Assembly: GCA_949297275.1 (NCBI GenBank)
Contig: CASFQR010000001.1
Coordinates: forward strand, 93 to 64,092
Source of the DNA: an uncultured bacterium
GTDB taxonomy: Bacteria; Bacillota_I; Bacilli_A; RFN20; CAG-826
Reading direction: 5' to 3'
DNA: 64,000 bases
Positions 46,106 through 54,261 of the stretch are shown here, piece by piece; within the stretch, counting starts at the first letter, position 1, and every line of letters starts with the position of its first letter. The translations under genes and the position numbers were made by a program. The notes beneath the pieces were generated by a model. The model saw nothing but the letters and a program-made list of their open reading frames with translations. It searched no databases and was not told where the DNA came from.

Positions 46106-46813
46106 TTAATCCTGTAATTTTTCTAAAGCTTTCTTCACATGTTTTCTTGTTAAGCCTTTTTGATAATAGCTAGTTTGAATCAGATTTTTCGTTAATTTGG
46201 TTGCTTGATAATCAAACATTTCGCCGTCTAAAATAATGAATTTATCGATTTTAAAGCCTTTTTTCTTTTTTAAGCGTAAATATTCTAAAATGCCTTCGCC
46301 GCGATTAAGACAATAGTCATCATCTATTTTATCAATAATAGCCAAGCCCTGATCAGTGAATTTTTTATCTAAATAATTAGCGAGTTCATCTTGCAAAAAT
46401 TTTAGTTTTGATTCTTTTTGCCAATGTTCTTTCCACGAAGAAATTAAGACAATCAAAGCGTCTGTCGCTATCACTATTTCTTTTAATAAGGCAATTTTCT
46501 GATCCTCAATGCCTCGAAATAAATTGCAGCGTTCTTTAGTGGTAGAACAATTAAGTACACCATCAATATCAAGAAAAATAATCTTCATTCCTGGTCGATA
46601 TTCTTCTTTAAGTTCTAAATAAATCTTTTCTTTATTTATCTTCCCGTTCTCATTAATCATGCCTTTATCCATCAATTCATTAAATGTTCTTGAGGCTTGA
46701 TTAAAACCAAGCGACATTTCGCGTTGAAGAAAAGAGATTGATATTTTCTTTTCATCTAAGATCTTTTTTAATGTTTCTTTAAGATTGTTTTCCATTATAT
46801 TTATCTGATGCAA
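46106..46813 (-). CDS. FtsK-gamma-like winged-helix domain fused to HAD-superfamily phosphatase-like domain
   Basis: The N-terminal 'ISISFLQREMSLGFNQASRTFNELMDKGMI' resembles the FtsK gamma block (SISLLQRRLRIGYNRAARLI..ME..GIV). The C-terminal part has HAD motif I 'IIFLDIDGVLN' (DxDx[TV]). The likely true start is ATG at 46795, 5 nt after the upstream stop. Confidence 0.6.
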   Translation of the reverse strand: MHQINIMENNLKETLKKILDEKKISISFLQREMSLGFNQASRTFNELMDKGMINENGKINKEKIYLELKEEYRPGMKIIFLDIDGVLNCSTTKERCNLFRGIEDQKIALLKEIVIATDALIVLISSWKEHWQKESKLKFLQDELANYLDKKFTDQGLAIIDKIDDDYCLNRGEGILEYLRLKKKKGFKIDKFIILDGEMFDYQATKLTKNLIQTSYYQKGLTRKHVKKALEKLQD

Positions 46814-48231
46814 GCTAAAATTTCTGATGATTTCAGGTGCTTCTTCTCATAGAGCAATTGACCTAAGGCGAGGATTTCTAAGCGATGAGCTTTAATGTAT
46901 TTAGTTGTCTCTTTTTCACACTTTCTTAAGAATGCTTCAATCTTCTTTTCCATTTTTCTTCTTTTAATCGCAGTATCAGTTCTTGCCCCTGGTTCGATGA
47001 CTGGTAAGGTTTCCCAGCACGAAGAAAAACCACAAATATTAAACATGTTATAAGCGTAATTTCGTGCGCGTTGTAAATCACTATCGCAACCGCGCGAACC
47101 GCGACCACAAATAATCTTTTGAGCAATTAGACCCGCTAGAGAAATTTTAATGTCGGCAATAACCTTATCATAAGGCCAAAAATCTTTTTCAACCTCTTTA
47201 GCGATAAATTCCCCACTGGCACCCGAAATATTAATTCTACTCGTAATAAAGAATTCGGGAAAAGCTCTAGCCATGACAGCATGACCCGCTTCATGAATCG
47301 CAACTTCTAAATTATCTTCTTCTGGTCGACTTTTGACCCGATCAGCAATTTCATAGATTGAGTTATCGATCATTTCAGAAGTAAGATTATCAAAGCCATT
47401 TTTTAACACTAAATTATTTACTACCGCTTTAATGCCCGCGCAACTAATCCCCACGAGTGATAAAGCTACTTCTTCATCATCAAAATCAGCGGGGAATTTG
47501 AGATTAAATTCTTTAAAGTGTCTTTTAAGAAGTTCTAAAGCTTCTGCGCCAGTAGGATAAGAAATTTTAATTAGTTTTTCTAATCGACCGTGGCGAAGTA
47601 AGGAATCAGGTATTTCGTTAATAAAATTCGTGGCCGTGAGCACTAAGATATCATCTGATGATTCCACACCATCTAAATTTTCTTGCAAAGCGCGAATAAC
47701 TCTATTTTCCCTATTGATGAGTAAATCTAATTCATCAAAGACAATAATTGCATGACCAGCTTCGCGAGCTTTTTTAAATGTTTCAATAATGCCCCCAACA
47801 ATATTCTTTTGCGCCCCTTGGAAGACAAATACTGGTGCTTCCGCGCATCTAATAATTTCTTTAATTAATAAAGATTTGCCATTGCCGGGTTCACCATAAA
47901 GAATAACGCCTTTAGGTATCGATAAGCCTTTGGCCTTTAGTTCTTGCGAATGTTTAAACCAATCAATAACATAAAGAAGTTCTTTCTTTTGATTTTGATG
48001 GCCCACTACTCTCACTAAAGGTTCTTCGCCTTCCGCTAATTTTGAAGCATTAATAAATTCATAAGTGCTAAAGCCATCATTTGCTATTGATGAATCAAGT
48101 GTTTTATTTATATATCTATTTCCAATTTGAGTATCAGAAATATCTTCCTCGAATTCTTCAAAATAATCATCGTCATCATAATTTACATCAAATTGCTCTT
48201 TATCAAACATTTCTTTTGCTAATCCTTTCAT
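46801..48231 (-). CDS. Soluble (TM-less) FtsH-like AAA+ ATPase / M41 zinc metalloprotease
   Basis: Walker A 'GEPGNGKS', Walker B 'IIVFDELD', SRH 'LTATNFINEIPDSLLRHGRLE', M41 zinc site 'AIHEAGHAVMA', and an FtsH-like 'GCDSDLQRARNYAYNMFNICGFS' block. The N-terminal ~100 aa are acidic with no hydrophobic helix. Confidence 0.8.
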   Translation of the reverse strand: MKGLAKEMFDKEQFDVNYDDDDYFEEFEEDISDTQIGNRYINKTLDSSIANDGFSTYEFINASKLAEGEEPLVRVVGHQNQKKELLYVIDWFKHSQELKAKGLSIPKGVILYGEPGNGKSLLIKEIIRCAEAPVFVFQGAQKNIVGGIIETFKKAREAGHAIIVFDELDLLINRENRVIRALQENLDGVESSDDILVLTATNFINEIPDSLLRHGRLEKLIKISYPTGAEALELLKRHFKEFNLKFPADFDDEEVALSLVGISCAGIKAVVNNLVLKNGFDNLTSEMIDNSIYEIADRVKSRPEEDNLEVAIHEAGHAVMARAFPEFFITSRINISGASGEFIAKEVEKDFWPYDKVIADIKISLAGLIAQKIICGRGSRGCDSDLQRARNYAYNMFNICGFSSCWETLPVIEPGARTDTAIKRRKMEKKIEAFLRKCEKETTKYIKAHRLEILALGQLLYEKKHLKSSEILACIR

Positions 48232-48254
48232 TTGCTAACCTCTTTTCGCCCTCA

Positions 48255-48283
48255 ATTATAAGGTCCTAGTTTTTAATGTTTAA
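48255..48283 (-). promoter_or_regulatory. Candidate promoter of the FtsH-like / HAD gene pair
   Basis: On the minus strand: TTAAAC (48283-48278), 17-nt spacer, TATAAT (48260-48255). RBS AGAGGT lies 7 nt before the ATG at 48231. Confidence 0.4.
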
Positions 48284-48398
48284 AAATGGATATTTTTGTC
48301 CGGTTATCTGTACATTATTTAAGTAATGATCAAACTAGTTTGTTATAAATAAAAAATTAGACGGATTTATTGCCAATATTTTTACTATATATTTGATA

Positions 48399-49799
48399 TT
48401 AATCATTAATTTTTTTATTTTTATCGCTAACTAATTTAGCGTTATTAATAAGTGGCTGATATCTATTATGTTTATAGCGATAATATCTACCTGTTTCCAT
48501 CGCCTTGATGATAGTTTCTTTTCCAATATCATCTTGATATTTTAAGAGTATTCCTAAGAAGCGATTTCCTAAAAACGAGTTGATGGAAATCGGTGCAACA
48601 ACATCAATAACATCAGCAATACTCGGATTATTAAATAACCAGGAGACTAAAGCATTACGATTAATAGTAATATTAACGACACCAAATTTCGGATTACCAT
48701 CACCCTCATATTTTTCACATTTAATCGCGTATTCATCAACTTTTCTAGGAATTTCAATTGCCTTACCATGAGAAATGAATCTTTTATCAATTTTAAACTT
48801 ATTGCATTTAATAATTGGCATTTCTTTTCCAAAATATTCTTCAAATGACTTCTTCACCCTCATAGCGAAGCGATATTCAAAATAGAAAGATGATTTAAAC
48901 GCTAAACCATCTTCTGGCACGATTTGCTCAGCAACATATTCATCTAAAGATTCATAATATTTTGCTAAAAATTTATTATTAATTTTAAATAATTCATTAA
49001 GCCTATTATCGCTAGTCTCATCTTCCATTAATACTTCTCTTTTCGGGAGATGAGGAATATTAAGATTCTCAATTGCATCAAAAACCACACCGTGACGATT
49101 AAGTGGGATTAAGATTGCATAAGGTTTATTATTATGTTCTTCAATTTGATAGACGCGATAATATATTTTTTCCTCAATATTTCCAAAGCGCAATTTTGGC
49201 TTAATAGTAGAGTTATTATTTTCTTTAGGAAGTTGACCAAAATGAGTTTGAATAATTAAGATACTTTTCTTCTCTTTAAATGCTTCATTAACTAATCGCA
49301 ATTTTCGATTCATTAAAGTGTTATATTTCTTAACGCATTTATTCTCTTTTTCTAGTTCTTGTAGATAAAATTCTCGATTATGTTTATTGCTTAAAAAATC
49401 TAATAATTTGTTAATTAATAGATTGGTGTCATGGTCTTTCGTGTATTTATCATTTTGGATAGCCGCTAAAATTTTAATGATTTGTTCTTCATTTAAATGA
49501 TTCCTTTCTTCGATGTAGAATTTACCAGAATCCGTTGAATTTATCATAAATGGTATTTTATCGGTATTTGCAAATTTAAAACAAATCGCTTGCAACCATT
49601 GCAAGCAATCACCAATTCGTTGCCTTCTAACATCATCACCAGGCTTACCACCTTCATATTTCAATCCAAAAGTGCGCGCATAACGGCAGATTTCTTGTTG
49701 CGTAGCAGGATGATTAACATCTGTATATTTTAATAAATAATCTAAAGTTAATAATAATTCGATTCGATGAAGAACAGTATCACTAAATTTACTCATCAC
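48399..49799 (-). CDS. wHTH-domain protein, possibly WYL-type regulator (uncertain)
   Basis: The N-terminus 'LLTLDYLLKYTDVNHPATQQEICRYARTFG' looks like a DeoR/HTH_11-type wHTH. The central 'YYRVYQIEEHNNKPYAILIPLNRHGVVFDAIENL' only loosely resembles a WYL core. The track start is GTG; ATG one codon later is the likely start. Confidence 0.4.
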   Translation of the reverse strand: MMSKFSDTVLHRIELLLTLDYLLKYTDVNHPATQQEICRYARTFGLKYEGGKPGDDVRRQRIGDCLQWLQAICFKFANTDKIPFMINSTDSGKFYIEERNHLNEEQIIKILAAIQNDKYTKDHDTNLLINKLLDFLSNKHNREFYLQELEKENKCVKKYNTLMNRKLRLVNEAFKEKKSILIIQTHFGQLPKENNNSTIKPKLRFGNIEEKIYYRVYQIEEHNNKPYAILIPLNRHGVVFDAIENLNIPHLPKREVLMEDETSDNRLNELFKINNKFLAKYYESLDEYVAEQIVPEDGLAFKSSFYFEYRFAMRVKKSFEEYFGKEMPIIKCNKFKIDKRFISHGKAIEIPRKVDEYAIKCEKYEGDGNPKFGVVNITINRNALVSWLFNNPSIADVIDVVAPISINSFLGNRFLGILLKYQDDIGKETIIKAMETGRYYRYKHNRYQPLINNAKLVSDKNKKIND

Positions 49800-49887
49800 C
49801 TTACCCCCATAGCAACATGTTAATGGTATATAAAAAGTATATCATGATATGCAGTATTATGTACTTATATATGTACAATAAAATAAA

Positions 49888-52351
49888 GAGGATAACATCA
49901 CTCCTAAACTAATAGGAAAAACATCACTATTAGAAAAGTGTTTAAGAGCACTCGAGGATAACATCACTCCTAAACTTAAAGTAGAATATTTCGCGAATGC
50001 TATAAGTTTAAGAGCACTCGAGGATAACATCACTCCTAAACATATGGATTATGGACGCAATATATTGCTGCGTTTAAGAGCACTCGAGGATAACATCACT
50101 CCTAAACATTTTGTCCAGAGATGCAAGATTGCAAATCGTTTAAGAGCACTCGAGGATAACATCACTCCTAAACCAAGAATTAACAATTAAGAAGTCTCAA
50201 TGCGTTTAAGAGCACTCGAGGATAACATCACTCCTAAACCTTATTACGGTTATAGTGTAGCACTTTTTAGTTTAAGAGCACTCGAGGATAACATCACTCC
50301 TAAACTTTAAAATTTGTCATTCTTTTTCCTTTGATGTTTAAGAGCACTCGAGGATAACATCACTCCTAAACCTTGTCTTTTGGCGATTTTTGATTACTAC
50401 TGTTTAAGAGCACTCGAGGATAACATCACTCCTAAACCTACGATCAAAAGAACGCCGTTCTGAAGCTGTTTAAGAGCACTCGAGGATAACATCACTCCTA
50501 AACAATAAATAATCGTAAATAAGATCAAACATAGTTTAAGAGCACTCGAGGATAACATCACTCCTAAACTAAACCACCATTAATAGATTGAGCATAAAAG
50601 TTTAAGAGCACTTGAGGATAACATCACTCCTAAACTATATTTTCTTTTTTTACTCTTTTTTTTCTGTTTAAGAGCACTTGAGGATAACATCACTCCTAAA
50701 CATAGATTTAAAAGAAGAAGATAAAGAAGATGTTTAAGAGCACTTGAGGATAACATCACTCCTAAACGATATAAAACTCTCTTTATATAATAATATAGTT
50801 TAAGAGCACTTGAGGATAACATCACTCCTAAACATCAAGACTTAACATTTGATTAAAAGAAACGTTTAAGAGCACTTGAGGATAACATCACTCCTAAACA
50901 ATTATAATTAATTATCTTTTCTTTTCTTTGTTTAAGAGCACTTGAGGATAACATCACTCCTAAACACCGGCTAATTCGATATATTTATAAAACGCGTTTA
51001 AGAGCACTTGAGGATAACATCACTCCTAAACATAATTAATATCAATATCAAGTTTACAAATGTTTAAGAGCACTTGAGGATAACATCACTCCTAAACCTA
51101 AGAGATATACTAGTTAATGGTAAAACTGTTTAAGAGCACTTGAGGATAACATCACTCCTAAACTCCAATGCGTATTATTTGGAATCATTGGAAGTTTAAG
51201 AGCACTTGAGGATAACATCACTCCTAAACAGTAGCAAACATTAAAGAAACTTCTTCCACGTTTAAGAGCACTTGAGGATAACATCACTCCTAAACAGTTG
51301 CTTGCCTGCTCCTCAAAAAGGTGATGTTTAAGAGCACTTGAGGATAACATCACTCCTAAACCAAAGAGTAGAGTTGATAAGCGACTTCGCTGTTTAAGAG
51401 CACTTGAGGATAACATCACTCCTAAACTAATATAGTAAATTAATAGAAAGTGAAAAAGTTTAAGAGCACTCGAGGATAACATCACTCCTAAACTTCATTT
51501 GTGTGGAACAATGCACGAATGAGGTTTAAGAGCACTTGAGGATAACATCACTCCTAAACTATATTTGTACCGGTTTATTGATTATAATAGTTTAAGAGCA
51601 CTTGAGGATAACATCACTCCTAAACACCTTTATTAGTGTTAACAATAACTTCATCGTTTAAGAGCACTTGAGGATAACATCACTCCTAAACCAGATGGCT
51701 TAAACATAACTATAGACTTGGGTTTAAGAGCACTTGAGGATAACATCACTCCTAAACCATAGTCGTAAGAGTACAAGTGTCCATTGTGTTTAAGAGCACT
51801 TGAGGATAACATCACTCCTAAACTCTTCTAAAATATCTAAATTAGGAACATAAGTTTAAGAGCACTTGAGGATAACATCACTCCTAAACACCTCGATTAA
51901 ATCTTTTTTAATGCAATTTGTTTAAGAGCACTTGAGGATAACATCACTCCTAAACAATTAATACTGAATTAGGTGCTAATGTATCGTTTAAGAGCACTTG
52001 AGGATAACATCACTCCTAAACTACAGTTAAATAATTTCCTTTAATTTTATAGTTTAAGAGCACTTGAGGATAACATCACTCCTAAACGATAAGTATGGAT
52101 CCTACCATTTAACTGTAGTTTAAGAGCACTTGAGGATAACATCACTCCTAAACTTAACAACAACAGCGGGTTCTATAGACATAGTTTAAGAGCACTTGAG
52201 GATAACATCACTCCTAAACCGTAATTTTATATTTTTTAAAGGGCTATCGGTTTAAGAGCACTTGAGGATAACATCACTCCTAAACAAAGGTAAAAGGTTT
52301 TTTTCAGCACTTTCGGTTTAAGAGCACTTGAGGATAACATCACTCCTAAAC
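49888..52351 (-). CRISPR. Type II-A CRISPR array: 37 full 36-bp repeats, one 22-bp decayed terminal repeat, 37 spacers of exactly 30 bp
   Basis: The plus-strand repeat GTTTAAGAGCACT(C/T)GAGGATAACATCACTCCTAAAC starts at 49940 + 66n for n = 0-36, each position checked by eye. The decayed copy GAGGATAACATCACTCCTAAAC is at 49888-49909. Transcription is inferred on the minus strand, where the crRNA repeat reads GTTTAGGAGTGATGTTATCCTC(A/G)AGTGCTCTTAAAC. Confidence 0.97.
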
Positions 52352-52404
52352 CTCAAATAAAATAAGGCCTATAGGATGTCTCCTAATAAAAATACTATTG
52401 TATT
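52352..52404 (-). promoter_or_regulatory. CRISPR leader (short) with ATTTGAG leader-repeat junction
   Basis: The minus strand reads ...TTATTTGAG|GTTTAGGAG. As I recall, ATTTGAG is the leader-end motif reported for a subgroup of type II-A loci. A possible -10 box TACAAT lies at 52402-52397. The decayed repeat sits at the opposite end of the array. Confidence 0.6.
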
Positions 52405-53076
52405 TTACTCCAAAAAACAACAATCTTTATCTATGATGAATGTCTTTTCGGACGCGAATTTCTTATTAAGTTGATTGGTTTCAATGTTAATTAAGATTAT
52501 TTCTTTATATGAAAGTTCTTTAATAAGCAATTCGATGTCTTCTTCCTCTAAATATTCTAGTAAATGAACCGTAATAAAAACATTTTTCTTTTGTAGTTCA
52601 TTAATGACAAAAATATAGTTAATTAGCTGTTCTAAATAAGTTTCTTTTTCATCATTAAATCTGATATCCATTATTTTAAATAAATCGTCAGTTTTAATAT
52701 CATCACTGGCAATTAAATTTATATCTAATTCTAAAGCAATTGTTTTGACAATATTTATGATTTTTTCTTTTAGGTTCGTAATATCGTCTTTTAATGAATC
52801 ATAGTATGTTTTCTTCAATAGTTTTGTTAAAGCGTTTAAGTTTTTCTTTGTATTTAAATCTAAATCAAGAACATTCATCATCGGATAACATATATCTTCT
52901 GCATCAATACTTGTCGCATCATTAAAAAAGGATATCGGACCATCTGTATTAAATTCTAAAAATAAAAATAATGCTGTTCTGCGGTATATTTCTTTATTTT
53001 CGATGATAATATTATAAAAAGTTCCTGGCTCGAGATTATATAAATTATCACTTAATTGAAATTTTATTTTAATCAT
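52405..53076 (-). CDS. csn2: Csn2 (type II-A adaptation protein, short form)
   Basis: 223 aa, directly after cas2 (4-nt overlap) and before the leader. Its acidic, Ile/Leu-rich composition and size resemble the ~220-aa streptococcal Csn2. Confidence 0.75.
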   Translation of the reverse strand: MIKIKFQLSDNLYNLEPGTFYNIIIENKEIYRRTALFLFLEFNTDGPISFFNDATSIDAEDICYPMMNVLDLDLNTKKNLNALTKLLKKTYYDSLKDDITNLKEKIINIVKTIALELDINLIASDDIKTDDLFKIMDIRFNDEKETYLEQLINYIFVINELQKKNVFITVHLLEYLEEEDIELLIKELSYKEIILINIETNQLNKKFASEKTFIIDKDCCFLE

Positions 53077-53393
53077 AATTTGATTATTTTCTCATCTGTC
53101 ATAATGACATCTGTGTTTAAATCACCTAACAAACATTGAATGGAGGAAAATTGTTTTTCGGTTAAGGTTAAGCAAGATACAAAACCTTCAGCCGGCAACA
53201 ATGATTTAATGCTTTTCATTGTTGCTTCAACCGCGGTTTCATTTAAACATAATTTGGTATAAACACTTTCTTGAAACATTGAGAAACCTTCTTTTTTAAT
53301 GTGCTTAACAAACTTGGAATATTCTTTGTGATCTTTTTTGGTCACAGCTGGTAAATCAAAAAACAAAACAATTCTCATAAATCTATATATCAT
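53073..53393 (-). CDS. cas2: Cas2
   Basis: 'MRIVLFFDLPAVTKKDHKEYSKFVKHIKKEGFSMFQESVY' shows the Cas2 ferredoxin-fold pattern (..YD(I/L)......Y..F.K.L...G....Q.SV(F/Y)). It overlaps cas1. Confidence 0.85.
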   Translation of the reverse strand: MIYRFMRIVLFFDLPAVTKKDHKEYSKFVKHIKKEGFSMFQESVYTKLCLNETAVEATMKSIKSLLPAEGFVSCLTLTEKQFSSIQCLLGDLNTDVIMTDEKIIKL

Positions 53394-54261
53394 AACTTTC
53401 CGGAAACTTAATTAGATTAGCATCGCCTTTATTTAAAGCATCAAATACCGAATTGCAATAAATGTTTATTGCATTTATAAATGTATGTGTTTGACCATTG
53501 ATAGGTATCTCTTCATTTAAGATTTCCTTTATTTTATCTTTGATATTTTCTGTTTCGTTTTCTAGTCTTTTGGCATATATATCAACATATGGTCTAAATG
53601 GTTCCATCAAATCACAAGCAAAATTAAATTCATTAAAATCATTTTTATGGTGAATTCCTAATTGTGTTAAATAACCGGCCGCTACAATCGCGCGACTTAC
53701 AAGCGATAAAATAAGCGAATAGCCGTAATTCAATATAAGATTTATATTGCAATCTTCAGTTCGTGAAAAACCTTCATGATAGAGAAAATTAAAATAGATT
53801 TTTGCTGCATGTCCTTCGCGATTAGTAATATCGTTAAAATCTACTTCTTTAAAATAATTTTCCAAAAGTATAGTTTTAGTAATATCCCTACCAAATTTAG
53901 TTAAAACCTTATATTGTCCGCGAATTTTATTTCTAACAATTTCTTGCCACACTACTCCTTTATTAGTTTCTGTCCATGAAATTTGCTCTTTAATTCTTTT
54001 TGGAGAATTATGCGCGCCATAAAGGGACACTAATTGACCAAAGGGATTATGCTTTTCATCGCAAAAAATAATATTGATTTTTCGCTTAAGCATTTCGACA
54101 AGCGCGCTAGAAGTTATCGAGATATTAGTTGTTTCAAAAATAACAGTTGATATTTCATCTAGATGTATGCGTTTAACACCATCGATCGTTCTAAAAACGA
54201 AATAATTTAAAGAATATTCAATTTTAGAATGTGAGGATATTACAACTGTTCGAAATGCCAT
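53383..54261 (-). CDS. cas1: Cas1
   Basis: 'NLILNYGYSLILS', 'LGIHHKNDFNEFNFACDLMEPFRPYVD' (the Cas1 GxxH...DLxEPFRP block). 292 aa; the start abuts the cas9 stop. Confidence 0.9.
   Translation of the reverse strand: MAFRTVVISSHSKIEYSLNYFVFRTIDGVKRIHLDEISTVIFETTNISITSSALVEMLKRKINIIFCDEKHNPFGQLVSLYGAHNSPKRIKEQISWTETNKGVVWQEIVRNKIRGQYKVLTKFGRDITKTILLENYFKEVDFNDITNREGHAAKIYFNFLYHEGFSRTEDCNINLILNYGYSLILSLVSRAIVAAGYLTQLGIHHKNDFNEFNFACDLMEPFRPYVDIYAKRLENETENIKDKIKEILNEEIPINGQTHTFINAINIYCNSVFDALNKGDANLIKFPESYDI

Noticed and set aside
50580-51485. Minus-strand ORFs 50580-50825 and 51114-51485 with the reiterated peptide 'GVMLSSSALK'
   Set aside because: They are translations of the CRISPR repeats, and the same 36-bp repeat gives the same peptide every 66 nt. 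They are not genes.
49910-52315. Self-targeting spacers (a match to another part of this window)
   Set aside because: I saw no spacer matching the cas genes, the IS66 remnant or other sequence here. Eye-scanning cannot rule out matches elsewhere in the window or genome, so a BLAST of all 37 spacers against the full genome is needed.
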